DNA of 64,000 bases, taken from NCBI GenBank assembly GCA_030295235.1, contig AP026132.1, positions 62,001 through 126,000 of the forward strand, in the 5' to 3' direction. The notes beneath the pieces are model-generated. The model saw nothing but the letters and a program-made list of their open reading frames with translations. It searched no databases and was not told the origin of the DNA. The DNA is from Fistulifera solaris (Eukaryota). The position numbers and the translations under genes were made by a program. Below are positions 35,201 through 48,405 of the stretch, piece after piece (positions within the stretch are counted from its first letter, which is position 1; each line of letters begins with the position of its first letter).

Positions 35201-35511
35201 TGCGATGTACTTTTTAGATCAAAACGTACATAGTGTCTGTAGTTATCGTCAATGTTGCTTCAACTTTCATTTCGGCGTTTGTGATCTTTTTTATTGAATC
35301 TTGTCTGGACACCAAAAAATAGTGCCTGTCTTTCGCGTCTCGTCCGGCGCGCACGATTGGATGACACGAGCGCGAGACCCGCGAAAATTTTCGCATCGGA
35401 ATTTTGAAGATCGTGACTCACGTACTCTTCAGTCAAGGATCGATCTATGCTTCATGTACATGAATATTATTTACCGAGATAAAAATTGGCTCAAAAATCT
35501 CTTTAACGCAT

Positions 35512-36795
35512 TCAAGCACTACGCTTTCGTCGTAAATAATATCCCAAAACATCATTCTCGGGAGATACGGATGCATTTTCTTCACGTCCTTCATCCGTCG
35601 GCAAATTATGGTTGTCTTTTTCATCCTCTACAAAGAGTTCCTTTTCCATGACGACTTGTTCTCGTGGATGGTCACTAATTGTGGTGGGAATAAATTCTGT
35701 CTCTGCCGCGTTCGTCTTTGCCGTATTCATGGGTGGATTGGATGACACAGTTGGCTCGCTGTGTACCACGGCGGGTTCCAGGAACTGCCGAGTCGATTTC
35801 TTCGGCCGCGGCGGAGACGCGGGATCATCATTCTCGGGATCCGAATATCCGTCCATGAGAATACTATCGGTATCAAATTGATGTACGGGAGCCCGAATAG
35901 GACTCGCCGACATGCTATGATGCGTCAACGATTCTTCATCTTCCGAGGGTGTTCGTGTTGTTGTGACGACATAAAAGGAAGATGGGACGACTTTTCCCAT
36001 GGGAGTGGACCATGCGATGGATGCCGCGTCGTCCTGCGTCGTCGGCAATTTGACCGGGTCGGGTGGTAACTGATTGGGTGGTTGTTGCCTTGACGGTTTT
36101 TGCCGATTCCACATCCGCCACACAAAAAATACTAAACACAATATGCCTCCCAGCAGTACGACAGCAATCACGATCCATATCCATTTCGAAGGACTTTTCT
36201 CGTCCAGTTGCTTCGGTGCCGGCGGCAAATACCAAAGCAGTGGTTTGTCTTGCCAGAAAGCATGTAGGGCCACCGTATTGGCCAACGATGTCAATTGCAG
36301 ACGCTGCAATTCCTTTACATCGTCACTGGTGGGAGGCAAGGCCATGAGAGCTTCTCCGATGAACTCGTACACAAAGTACGGCGTTTGCCAACTGATCTGT
36401 GTGGCGGTCAGGGTGATAAAAACATCGATTAAGACCGTATCCGAATAAATGAGTTGCAATTGTTGCGTCAAATAATCACTCAGCTTGTCCGCTAAAACAA
36501 GTTCATCGTCGGGATGTTCAATAAATATCATACGAAAGTGTTGCAATGGCCATGTGGTTCGAAATTGAGTGGTGTTTTGCGTTCGAATAACAACAGTTTC
36601 GGTGTCTTGGGGTGCATTCGTTGCGCGTTTCGTCGGAGACACTGTTGGTGCGAACGAAGCAGCAGTGATTGAATGTGGAGAAGACCGTTCAACTTGCTTT
36701 ACAACCTGCCGCTGTGCTGAAAAGGACGACTCGGCTCGCAAAAACGGAAAAAAGAGGATTATTATGCTCGCATATTGCATTCGTCGAAGCGTCAT
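35512..36795 (-). CDS. Type I membrane protein, cluster member C
   Basis: Signal peptide, APTVSPT, PLQHFRM domain, TM WIWIVIAVVLLGGILCLVFFVW. Confidence 0.85.
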   Translation of the reverse strand: MTLRRMQYASIIILFFPFLRAESSFSAQRQVVKQVERSSPHSITAASFAPTVSPTKRATNAPQDTETVVIRTQNTTQFRTTWPLQHFRMIFIEHPDDELVLADKLSDYLTQQLQLIYSDTVLIDVFITLTATQISWQTPYFVYEFIGEALMALPPTSDDVKELQRLQLTSLANTVALHAFWQDKPLLWYLPPAPKQLDEKSPSKWIWIVIAVVLLGGILCLVFFVWRMWNRQKPSRQQPPNQLPPDPVKLPTTQDDAASIAWSTPMGKVVPSSFYVVTTTRTPSEDEESLTHHSMSASPIRAPVHQFDTDSILMDGYSDPENDDPASPPRPKKSTRQFLEPAVVHSEPTVSSNPPMNTAKTNAAETEFIPTTISDHPREQVVMEKELFVEDEKDNHNLPTDEGREENASVSPENDVLGYYLRRKRSA

Positions 36796-37265
36796 TGTAG
36801 GAAAATGAATAATGAACTCTCAATAATTGCGTTGAATTCACTGCACCTCTTTGTAATCTCTACGCTTGTGCGCATGCATTGCGCTCTTCCTTACTTTGTA
36901 TTCTTCTCGTTCCTAGAAAATCTACCGCATTCAACAACAAGGATCCTTAATTCGGAGAGACGAGCGCGGCACTCCTCGAAAGAATTGTCTTTCGTGTCGT
37001 GGGTGCGCGCCCCGGGGCGAGTGGACGACGTTGGGTGCTGTTTTGTTTGTGAAGGCGCACGCGCATCAACGCCTGCGTTGTGCCCGTTGATTTCGGAGGA
37101 CGGACGAGGCGGACTTGAGTGACTATTAAGTATAAAACGTGTTATCGGCTTCACTTAGGCAGTAATGTTTTTCTCAACCTCCCTCCGTTTCTGTTCATCA
37201 CAAAATGAACGCCAACAAAATCGAGTTTCGTTTGTTCTGTTCATATTCTCTCATTTATAAAAATA

Positions 37266-37958
37266 ATGACTACAAAGCGATTTTGCACTCTATTGTGGAT
37301 CAGTCTTGTCAGCTTACCCATGATGACAAAAGCGACTCTAAGGCGGCGCGTGCTAGAAACAGAAGACAACGTAGTGACGACAATACCGACGACGGCTCCT
37401 ACCATTGTACCCACAACAATCGCAGCATCTGCTTCCGATGTTCTGTCGGAAGAGCAGCAATCAACGTTCATATCATTACGAAATTTTTCAATGCATTTGC
37501 AGCCGCCTGTGATGGAAACAGATCGATTAATTCAAAGTATCGAAGCCTACTTGCAGGAAGGATTCTTGTGGGATGTTCAAACCGTCACCTGGGGAGAGGT
37601 GCAACAAGTAGCATCTTCCGAAGCATCGGCGTGGTATTTCTTTGGGGCCGGAGTGTTGCAGCTCGTCGATAAGGTCGATACCAATCCGACGGAACTGATA
37701 CTACAACAAGAGCAAGTTTCCCTCATGAAAGATACCGCACTCTTGGAACATGTACTGCAACAAGATTTCTCCGACTTGAAAGTTCTGCAAGTCCAATTCG
37801 AAGGTGAATCAGCACCACCGAACGATGCCATGTTTTCCAGTGCACTATCGATGGCGCAGACACTCTCGCTCTTGATTTTGAGTGCCCTGGTGCTAATATC
37901 GATTGTTGCCATCGTATGTTTACGTCGTTATTGGAAAATACAAAGCCGAAAGCTGTAA
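37266..37958 (+). CDS. Type I membrane protein, cluster member D
   Basis: Signal peptide, LRRRVL, PTTAPT, SLRNFSM domain, C-terminal TM. Confidence 0.85.
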   Translation: MTTKRFCTLLWISLVSLPMMTKATLRRRVLETEDNVVTTIPTTAPTIVPTTIAASASDVLSEEQQSTFISLRNFSMHLQPPVMETDRLIQSIEAYLQEGFLWDVQTVTWGEVQQVASSEASAWYFFGAGVLQLVDKVDTNPTELILQQEQVSLMKDTALLEHVLQQDFSDLKVLQVQFEGESAPPNDAMFSSALSMAQTLSLLILSALVLISIVAIVCLRRYWKIQSRKL

Positions 37959-38038
37959 TTCCTTTGGTCTCCTCATCATTTAAGACACTGCATAAGTCTA
38001 CGGCACGAGCTAGACGAATGCGGAAGCCGAATCAAACA

Positions 38039-39659
38039 TTAAACATTGCTATTAACAGGCCGATTTTTACAAGTGTCTCGTTCATCTAGCTGCTTCGGGT
38101 TCAGCCATAAAGTCGTCTTGGGGGTCGTCTTCGAAGATGTTGAGTTCTTTTCATCGTCGTCGTCTTCCTCTTCTTCATCCTCGTCGTCTTCCTCGTCTTC
38201 CTCGGGAATGGTCTGCGGCCCTTTCCATTCGTAAGGTTCGTGGGTATCCTCTTCCGGCAAAGCTTCGCCCAACTTGGGTCTTGTTATTTGATACCGTCGA
38301 TATACCACCAAAACGCAGAGGACAAAACTAACGATACTCAATAGTCCGGCAATCAATACAAGAAGATTCCGGTCGTCGCTGTTATCAGTCGGCGAACGAT
38401 CCTCATTGTCCTCTTCGCCATTCGCTTCCGACAACGACAAGTCCAAAATCATAAGATTTGGATCGTTCATGCGTTGTTGTAGTTCGGTTTGTATGAAATC
38501 TACGTCTTCGAGCAATCGAGTTTGATCTTCGTGTACTTCTGCAACCGTCACATCTTCAGCTTCTGTTGCTATTATTCCATTCACAAAGCTATAGCCCTGG
38601 GCAGTATTTCGTTGTTTGGTAGGCTCGGGCAATGGAAAGCTAACAGCCTCTAGTCCATCTACCAACAATCCATCAAAGAAGATAGACTCCATACTGTCTC
38701 GTAATTTCCCCGTTTCATTGACGGGGTAAGCCAACGTTAAAACAAAATCCAACAATTCGAGTTCTCTCGTGCTACCGGACGGTGAAGGCGGCTCATTGGA
38801 TGGCTGTGCGGCTGGGGGTCCGTTCGCATCTGTGGGAGATTCGGTCCTTGTTTGTGATGGTCTTGGTAGTTCCCCCGATGGCAGAATCGTTGGAAGCATG
38901 GTAGCGGCCGGAGATAATGTTGGGCCTGTCATCGGCGGTAAGCTAGGGCGGTTGACGGGCTTTTGAGGTGTCGAGGTGGGTTCTCGGTCACTGGGATTAT
39001 CCTCATGATCGCCGTCGCCGTCACCGTCGCCGGAACTGCCGTCTTTGCCGCTACTCTCATTACCCTTGTCCTTCTTCTTCTTCTTCTTCTCAGACTTTTT
39101 ATTGACGCCATTATCGTCGTCATCTTCGTACTCGTCGTCGGGGTCCTTACTTTCGTCTTTACTTGTCGTTTTCTTCTTTTGTGACTTCAATGGTCGGCTA
39201 TTCGGACGTTTGTCGTGTGAATGTTGATCGTCTTCGTCCTCGTTATCGTCGTCTCTCTTTTCCCTTGAAGCTGAGAGGGGGGAGAGAGGGGGATCATCGT
39301 CACGGTCCTCGTCGATATCGTCTTCATCCTTTTCTCGCTTTTTTCCCCTGAAGTGAAGGAGGGCTATTTGTTGACTGATTCTCGTCATCTCCTTTTCCTC
39401 CTTGCGTGCCATGTAGCTGAAAGGTCGGTATTGTCCGACTCTGCTTGTTTTCATGCGTGTCTTCACTGAGTTTCGTTTCGAGTATTATGTCATATGGTAT
39501 TAAACGATTAGGCTCGGACCGTGAGCTGACTCCTCGAAGTGCCTGGAGCCTTCTTCTTCTCCGCGAACTATTACGAGATTCTGCAAATGGAGCAACGTAG
39601 AGCAGGAGCACAACGAGTGTGATGGCTCGGCCGAGTTTGCCGCTTCGTATAGAGAGCAT
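38039..39659 (-). CDS. Type I membrane protein, cluster member E (frameshifted), Lys/Asp-rich
   Basis: Signal + RRRRRL in 39324-39716; poly-K/poly-D region, LLDFVL domain, TM and acidic tail in 38039-39466. Confidence 0.78.
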
Positions 39660-40148
39660 ATTGTTATTGTGCAATCGCAGGGTTTGTTGTTGACGTAGTG
39701 ATGCATCGCCAAGCATAAAGGGATGATAAATCTCGCCGGCGACAATATCGAAGAGTCACGCAACGAAGAAATATCGTCGATGTCAAAAAGTGGCGAAAAT
39801 TTCATTCCTACAAGGGACACGATTGCGAATTTCGAATGTCATGTAATAAAACGTGATTTAAAATATATAGTACACAATGCTGTAGTACGCTATACCACGG
39901 CACTGAATTGATATCAGCAGAAAATCTTCCAACGGAGCCTTCTTATTTGGGTCGTTTTTACCGCCATGTGAGTAGTAACTAGACTAGAGCTCTCAGCTAA
40001 GGAAGACACTTTTAACATCAGATCAAATTCCTTAGTCTCGTCACGTGAGGTTCATACGGTACATTACTGTTCTGTTGAATTGGTCGACATAAGAATAGAA
40101 GAATGAATGATTATGTTTCAAAGTTTCAAATGATTCTGTGCAAATCTA

Positions 40149-41050
40149 TCATTTCTTGATGGTTTTATATCGTCGATAGCATACAGCAGCAGCGGCGCAA
40201 AAGGTAATGAGGCACACGACTGTAGCAGAAATCATGAGTGCGGCATTCATTTCATCCTCTATTGTGGGCTGAATCAAGTGAGCCGACGGAAGCATGACAT
40301 TCTCTTGCACAATCTGAATGTCTTGCACTCGAATGGTTGCGTCTTCGAGTTCTTGTTGCAGCGCGCTTTCCACAAATGAAAGGTCGGATAATAGCTCTCG
40401 TTGTTGTGTTTGAAGTAACCCCACCAATTCTTTGTTTTCCACAAAAGCACTTCCGTCCGAAAACGAATAGGTCTGAGAGTTGATTTGTGCCGGTGTTGTT
40501 GAAAATTGTATCTCTTTGATGTCAACTAACACCATTCCAAGACGTAAGGTTGTTTCCATACCCTCTTCCAAGCGATCTAAATCGAGCGAGGTTTCCGAGG
40601 TTACGGATATTTGAAAATCGAGCAGAGGCGCTGATAAAAGGATTGAGTCGGGTTTCACGGGAGCTGATGAGCTCAAGGTGAGAGTAGGTTGCTTTGTTGG
40701 TTCTTTCGTTGGATACAGAGTTGGGATTGGTGTTTCCCAGCTGTCGGATTCTTCATCTTCATCTTGATCCCCGTCTTCGTCGTCGTATTCTTCACTCACA
40801 AGGGGTGACCTCGTCGGCGTTATTGTAGGAGCCGGTGTAGAAGAAGCCTTTCCGTCGTCTTTCTTTTGCCTTTGTCTTTTCCTTTGGGAGTAGTACTACG
40901 TTTCGTTCCCGGTGGCAATTTATGGGCGCGGTCAAAAATGTTTTCCCATTGCTCTTCCGAAGGTTTAAGATGCTTCGCCTCCACTAACAACGAGGAGTCA
41001 CATAGCAGGCAACTAGAAAGCCCCAATATTAGCCATTTGTAAGATATCAT
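40149..41050 (-). CDS. Type I membrane protein, cluster member F (frameshift ~40820-40860)
   Basis: Signal peptide in 40820-41050; PTxxPT, PLLDFQI domain and TM in 40149-40799. Confidence 0.78.
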
Positions 41051-41651
41051 GATGTGTCGACTTCTTGTAACGTTATATCGTTGCCTCTATCCTTCGCAAA
41101 ACAGCTGTTTCCAATGCTTGGACACGAGAGGTGAAAAAAGACGCGCGAAACACATGTTCGTCGCCCGTTGCAGATCAAAATTTTGAGATCACCACAAGAC
41201 ACGAAGTAACACTGTCGTTGCGGTACTGGAAATGGCGCACCTTTCATCTGGATCTCTAATTACTTGAAAGTTAATCTACTGTAACCGAAATGAGTATCCA
41301 GTCCAATCACCAGCACGCGTCAGTGAAGTGTACTGTCACAAAAATTTTCAAATTGATAACATTAAATCTAATTCCTCCTCTTGATTACTTAACAAAAAGT
41401 GTCTAAGTATCATTCTCTGCCTGACACTAAAAAGAACAATCCTTATTTTTCCGTTCAGGGTGTGACTCCCTATTTAGTGCACATCACCTCACCAATTCAC
41501 CACCGCTTTTGCTGACTAAACACGTTTGTAAGACTCCTCCTTCGTCATGCACACAAAAACACCTCCCGAACATCCCGTCCAGACAAAAAAGTGCAACATA
41601 AGATCGATTTTGGAGCGATTCAATTGAACATTCACAAAATAATCCGCGACG

Positions 41652-43552
41652 ATGAATTCCCTATCGCGTTTAATAGTGCTAGCAGGGTTATTGCTTCAAG
41701 TGCAAGCAGCACCACGAGGGAGTCCCTTGGGTTCCAGACGTTTGGGTCACAACACCGAGTCCCCTACACCAGCGCCGACGCGGAAAAAGCACCTGTACTC
41801 GATCGTCAACAATCTCAATAATCGATTAGAGGGAGAGGACTCCGACTTTACACCAGCGCCCACTACTTCCCCCACGCCTCCGACGTTTCATGCGAATTGG
41901 GAGCACCAACGCCTACCGCGCATGACAAGAATACTCCGTGGATTGATATCGATGGGGACGATGAGGAAGAAGACGATGGGGACGATGGTGAAACGACACC
42001 TACCGATGTCATCATCACACCAGCCCCAGTTTCTTCTCCTGTAGTGTTCGGCCCGCCGGTTCCTGAGTTTCCCGTTGCTGCACCGGTGCCGGTACGAAGA
42101 ACACGCCGACCAACACCGGTTCCTACGATGCCACCGACAGTCGCTCAAACTGCTTCTCCGACTGTCGCTCAAACCGCTTTTCCGACGGTTGCTCAAACTG
42201 CTTTCCCGACAATCGCTCTACCAGGCGTTTCGGCATCCGCCTTTCCGGGTGTGCCTGGAACGGCCTTTCCAACGCCTCCTGGATTTACGGCAACATCCTA
42301 TCCGACTCTGGATTTATCAAAATACTGGACTCCGGATCCCACAGCTTCTCGAACAGCCGCTCCAACATCGTTTGGTGAAACAGCGTCTCCATCCGAAGCG
42401 CCTTCATCGGCACCGAATATTGGAACATTTGCGCCTGTGCAAATCATTCCGATTGATTTTGGATCCATCGGTCATTTGCCGACCCTTTCGTTTACGTCGC
42501 GTCCCTCGGCCGTTCCTTCCGTGTCTCCCACAACCAGTGCACCTTCTTCGCTACCTACCGTCTCCTCGGCCATGCCAACGGAGGACAAAACGATGTGGAC
42601 ACCGCTCAAAACCTTTGATTTGCAGCTCTCGCGGGATACCCGATGGAACACGCAGTTTGCACCCGATGAATTGCGTCAAGGTTTGGAAACGTACTTGACG
42701 GAATCCATGATGATCTTGTCGGCCGATATGACGAATGTCACGTTGACGATCTTCACTTCGGCATTCAATGAAGACAAATCGGAAGCATGGTTTCGATTTC
42801 AAGGCAAATTGTTTTATCTGCCCAAGAGCGAGGACATGGAAATCAGTTCCGATGAAGTGTGGGCGCAGCAAATCGCATTACTGGAAAACATGGACGCCTT
42901 GCAATGGATCTTGCAAAATCAACCCACCATGGCGGCGGGCTTTGTCACCATCAAACAGTTGGCCTTCTTAGATGGTTCTTCCACACAGACATATGATGGA
43001 TACAGCGGAGGCAGTTCGAGTGCTTTGGATCAAACAACGAAGATAGTGATCGCGGTGGCGGCAATCCTGTTGATTCTGGCGTGCAGTGTAGGAGTCTACA
43101 TTTGCATGTTTTTGGATCCCGAGCCGGAAGAAGAGCCATTGCCCATTCAAACCAAGCTTACTCCGCATACCGACAGTGACTTTTCGGTCGGACTTCCCGG
43201 CAATCCTCATGTACCGGAAGTCACCTTTGATCAGGAATCGCATTCGGAAATGTCCAGCATTACCGAATTACGAGCGGACGATCCGCGACCGGACATCCCC
43301 GGTGCTTCATCGGTTGATGCCATTGCTTCGAATGATTCTCGACTCGTTCCACTTTCATCACTTCCCGCCGATTCCTCGCATCTCAGTGATAATAGTCAAT
43401 ATCGAACGACGGATTCGGTTCAACTGAGTCAAAGCGAATGGTCCATGGCGGCGGGAAACACGGACCCGCCCGCCCATACCAGTGCACTGGGTTCAGAAGG
43501 GTCGGAACACGGATCCGTAGAAGATCTCTACGTGACGTCGGATGCGAAATAG
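41652..43552 (+). CDS. Type I membrane protein, cluster member G (frameshift ~41880-41900)
   Basis: Signal + SRRL; PTVAQTA repeats; PLKTFDLQL...W.QQ domain; TM; Ser-rich tail. Confidence 0.8.
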
Positions 43553-44219
43553 AAAACATCATATTGACGACTCGCATTTTTCAGCCCTCTTCTGTGATTT
43601 GGAAACAAGTACAGACCATTCCTATAGAGTTCCTCCAGCTATGACAGCACTCGAATGGTTTCCAGCACAGAAAATGCCTTATTTTAGTTTATTTGGATGA
43701 ATACTAACTAATTACTATAATCGTGATGATTGTTATAGAAGTACGTTTGCTATTGTTCCGCTCTAGAGGAGTGTTAAGGGAACTTTAAAAAATCCATAGC
43801 ATGAGTCTTTACGTGTGCCATTCAAGGCTCGGGTAAGTTTGTAGTGCATGCATGAACTGCATGAGTGCAGGCATAAAATGCATATTCAAAGTAGATTGGG
43901 GTTTTCCTTGTTGTTCCTAGCTGTGTGAGGTGGCAGGGGGATGAGCTAAATAAATAATTTTTCATCGTTGATTTGTCTTACTGGCTATCAAGACTATCTA
44001 TTAATCAGTAGATTACCTTTTATTTGGCAAGATTGACAGTTACCGACTGTGAATCAAAGAGTAGTCGGGAGGCCTTTCGTCATTTTTTTCTCCGTCCGCA
44101 ACGTCGATGATTGTGTTGCTTCATTCGTTGTCGCGCATAATAATAACAACGAGATTATTCTGCGAGAGTTCCTTCCTTGACAAGGAAAGGAATATTGACT
44201 ATTATTAATCTTTCTTATC

Positions 44220-46586
44220 ATGAATCACACAATTCCAATTGAAAGTGAAGAAGCTTCCGCGAGTCTCTCGACTTCGGATCTTTCGGGCGCCGTCAATGCG
44301 ACAGCCTTTGACGACGACAAAATGGAAGATGTCGAAGTCGGAGGCAATGAAACGATTGCTCCGGAAGAACCGGCCATGACGCAGGGAAATACGTTAGTCG
44401 ATGTTCCCGGAACAATGAATAAAGGCATTCGTGCGGGTTCGATTCGTCGTTGGGTTTATGTTACGGCAATTGTATTGATTGTGTTGGCGATTGTAATTGG
44501 TATTGCGGCGAGTGTTTCGAACAATAATAACAAAACATCCGCTTCTTCTTCCGGATCCTTTCCTAACCCTTCGCCCGTGGCGTCTCCGGTGTCATCTCCC
44601 GTGACTTCTCCCACTGCGGCTTCGCCCGTCGCACCGACATCATCGACGGCTCCGCGACAAGCTACATATGAAGAAGTCGTGACGTTTCTTTCGTCGCGCG
44701 GGGTCTCGAACGAAGACGAGTTGCGTAGCCGCGGAAGTCATCAGCACGATTCGGCCGTCTTTTGGCGAATCATGATCCTCTCAACTTGCCCTTGCCGTCC
44801 AGTACCGATCTCAGTGATCCGCAAGTCGAACACTATGTCACGCGCTACGTGATGACATTGTTGCATCACGGATTGGATGGATACAATTGGACATTTCAGC
44901 TCAATTATATGAGTGAGCTCGAAATGTGTTACTGGAATGGTATGAAAGCGTCCTTTCAGCCCGATTTTATTCCTGTTCCGGAAGCGGGAGGAGTGTTTTG
45001 TTTGAATGGGACCCAAACGCCCGTGGCTTTGGATTTGGGTGAGTGATTGGTGGAGATCTTGTATCTTGCACACGCTTTTTGTATTCTAACAGTCTGTCTC
45101 ACTATCTCTTTATATATCTAGAATACAACAAACTCAAGGGAACGATTCCGACGGAACTAGGATTGCTCACCAAGTTGGTGTTTTTGGATTTCGAATTCAA
45201 CGAAATCAACGGGACGATACCTACAGAACTGTGTCAATTGACCGATTTAGAGCATCTTTCTTTGCGAGGGAACTACTTGACGGGCTCGTTGCCGAGTTGT
45301 ATGGGGCAGTGGTCGAAATTGGCGTATCTAGACGTCGAAGTCAATCAGTTGGATGGATCGTTCCCTCAAGGCGATGCGCTTTGCAATATGAAAGAGTTGG
45401 ATACCGTCGTCCTTCAACGCAACTTGTTCAGTGGAGCGCTTCCAACTTGTATGGGACAGTGGACGCGTTTGAATGGCTTTTTTGCTTCCGAAAATTTCTT
45501 TACAGGTAGTCTACCGTCGGAATTGGCGTTATTGCCCAATGTGTCACACTTTCTTGTGGATGACAATGAGTTGACGGGCAATCCGAATACGGTCTTCAGT
45601 GACATGCCCACTTTGAAGTTCTTATACTTGGACAATAATCAGTTTACGGGGGTGATTGATTCTACCTTTGTTGCCAACTCACCCAATTTGACGGCCTTGG
45701 ATATATCGCACAACAATTTCACCTTGGATCCTGCCTCGCCCGTTTTCCCTCTCCATTTGTTGCAGCATCCGACACTTCAGATTCTCGATGCTTCGACGAA
45801 TCTTCTCAACGGTAGCTTGCCTTCGACCGAGTTGCAGGCCAACAGCGCACTGCTCTTCTTGTCGCTGCACTCAAATGCACTGAGAGGAAGTATTCTCGAC
45901 AACTGCACCAATTCAGTGAATTGGCGCACTTGGATTTGTCTTTGAACAGCTTCACGGGTGCTTTACCGGATCAGTTGTTTTCCATGAGACTACTGAATCT
46001 ATTCTTGAGTGAAAATCCGGGGTTGCAATCCGGTCTTCTTCCAGACTCCATTTTGACCAATCATACCGGCTTCCGTGAACTTTCCTTGCGCAACACGCAA
46101 CGCACGGGACCCTTACCCTCGTTGGCTGGTTTCAGTGATTTGGTGCTGTTGGATTTAGGAGGAAATGGCTTTACAGGTGCAATACCTACACAGTACTCTG
46201 AATTGACCGATTTGCGGTATTTGTTGTTGAATGGCAATCCGGGCTTGAGTGGTTCCATTCCGGCCATGAGCCAGTCTCCCGGCTTGCAAATTGCGCTGTT
46301 GGATAACACGGATATTTACGGCGACTTTTCCAGCCTTTGCGCTTTGACGGCCTTTACGGAACTCGATGCGTCGGCCGTGTTGGGCGACAGTGCTTTGATT
46401 GTGAACTGCAACACGACAGCAGGCGAGGTATCGAATTGTGCGTGTTGCAAGTGCTGCCATCGTCCGGGAGGATGTTCGAATCCGGTCGTAGCTAGTTTGG
46501 ATTGGACGTGGGAACAAAGAATGTCTCAGACAGTGCGCGATTTTTCAGTAAACGAGACGCTCTTGTTGGATTTTGAAGAGTTGTAA
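44220..46586 (+). CDS. Leucine-rich-repeat receptor-like protein (N-terminal TM, plant-type LRRs); intron 45039-45121; frameshifts ~44760 and ~45895
   Basis: TM RWVYVTAIVLIVLAIVIGIAA; repeated LxLxxNxLxGxIPxxL; C-terminal C.CC.CC. Confidence 0.88.
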
Positions 46587-47589
46587 TGTATTTGTTGCGC
46601 ATTTGAAAGCGATGGATGACTTGATCGTGTTAAAAAAGACTTTTGGAACTCATTAACTAGTTTAATTAATCTTGAATCAAGCCGAGAAGATTACCGGGTA
46701 TATTGTTATTACATTTTGAAATATCTTAAATCGTAGGGCGTCCTATCATCTGCTGGCAGATTCCCGTTGGGAAAGCGAGGTGGGCTACTCGAGAGCTAGA
46801 TCTAGTAGTTAGTGGGTACAATAACCGCCGCTTAATATGTCTAAATCGGTAGACGATAACAGATGTCAATCCTCGACGAGCTACAGAGACAATTAGTGGA
46901 AGTTTGTTCGTTCCAGAGGCCCAAACAACATGCACTAGCTGGGTCTAAGGCGTCATCCCGGTTATAAAAAACGAATCCGTGATTGGACGAGCTACCACTG
47001 TGGAAAAGAAAGTAACGGGTGAACGCGTGACTGAGACTTCCCACTTATACCGACCAGCTGGGACCACCAACTTCTTGACCACAATCATCTCGATCGATGC
47101 AGGGAAGGTTATGGACGTCAAGGAGATGGACGTAAAGCATAAGGGGAGAAGGGAGAACGTTAAAATTCTGCCTATAGTACAAATTCTACGTAGCGTCTAC
47201 GAAGACGCAGAATTTCAACGCCGTTTCCATACGCAGTTTGATTCTAGGACCATAGGAGTAAGTAGAAACCCTGGGATGGAGATATGTCTGTTCTCGACCG
47301 TTTTTTACGCCATACTCCGTCTTGTGAGCTTATCTGTCACTGTACATAGTGCGACATCGGTCAAAATGAGTCGAATATCGATCTTTGAAAATGCTGGGAC
47401 GAAGTTAAATATATCTCCATAGTACTCAACGTGACGGTACTTGACAGGCACTTATAGTGTACTTAAGTAGTATTTTTACTATCGGGCATTATACTTCGGT
47501 TGTCCAGTGACTCTACTTACTTAAACGTTTTAAAATATATGCCCCATGTGTTTTCCACGACTCAGCATGTACTGTCTTGTATCGAAAAA

Positions 47590-47770
47590 ATGTCTCCCAT
47601 AAAAGGAGACGAAGTCTCCCATAGGAAGACGAAGTTTCCCGTTTAGGAGACGAAGTCTCCCGTTTAGGAGACGAAGTCTCCCGTTTAGAGACGAAGTCTC
47701 CCATTTAGAGACGAAGTCTCCCATTGGGAGACGAAGTCTTCGTTGGGAAAGTTGGGAGTTGGGAGACGAA
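47590..47770. repeat. ~20-21-bp tandem array ggagacgaagtctcccgttta inside the TIR element
   Basis: About 7 units read directly. Confidence 0.9.
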
Positions 47771-48274
47771 AATGCCTCAATTGAATCAACAGAGCACGTT
47801 GATCCGGTAGAGAGAGAGAGAGAGAGAGCTGCTTTGAGAGAAACGTCGAGCAACGGGCGGTCCTCCGGTAAGAGGCCGTTTGGGCCGAGGAGATATTGGG
47901 TACGTAATTCGTCGCCTAACGTTGCGACCTCGGCCTTTTCCTGCCTGCCGCGTCGATTTCATGGAGAATACTGTTTTGACGTAACCAAAGCGCACGAATA
48001 ATGGTAAAAACAGCTCTTGTTCCAATCTGGTTCATTTAGAGGGGCGGAGCCGAAGGAAGGTATGAATAATGCGGCATGTGCCCTCAAGTCGAGGAGGAGT
48101 CGTCATTCGTCATCGTCGTTTGTCCTTGATGATTTTTTCGGAAATAATAAGCGCGCAAAATACCAATACCTTTCGCTACTCTTTTGTATGAGAGAAACAA
48201 CGTTTTTCGCGAAGAAAAGCAATATGTCTTCGAAAGAAGACATCGTGTATGAACGAAATGTCTTCGATTTTGTG

Positions 48275-48405
48275 TAGACGAAGACGAAGACGAAGTCTCC
48301 CATAGCGAAGACGAAGTCTCCTATAGCGAAGACGAAGTCTCCAGTAGCGAAGACGAAGTCTCCCATTGGGAGACGAAGTCTTCGTTCGGAGACGATGTCT
48401 TCGCT
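48275..48405. repeat. 21-bp tandem array gcgaagacgaagtctcc.ata inside the TIR element
   Basis: About 5-6 units read directly. Confidence 0.9.

Noticed and set aside
46979..48366. ORFs as a possible transposase
   Set aside because: Short, cross the TIR boundary or translate minisatellites; no DDE/THAP motifs
47590..48405. CRISPR-like palindromic repeat arrays
   Set aside because: Units are contiguous with no unique spacers, there are no cas genes, and the arrays lie inside a eukaryotic TIR element
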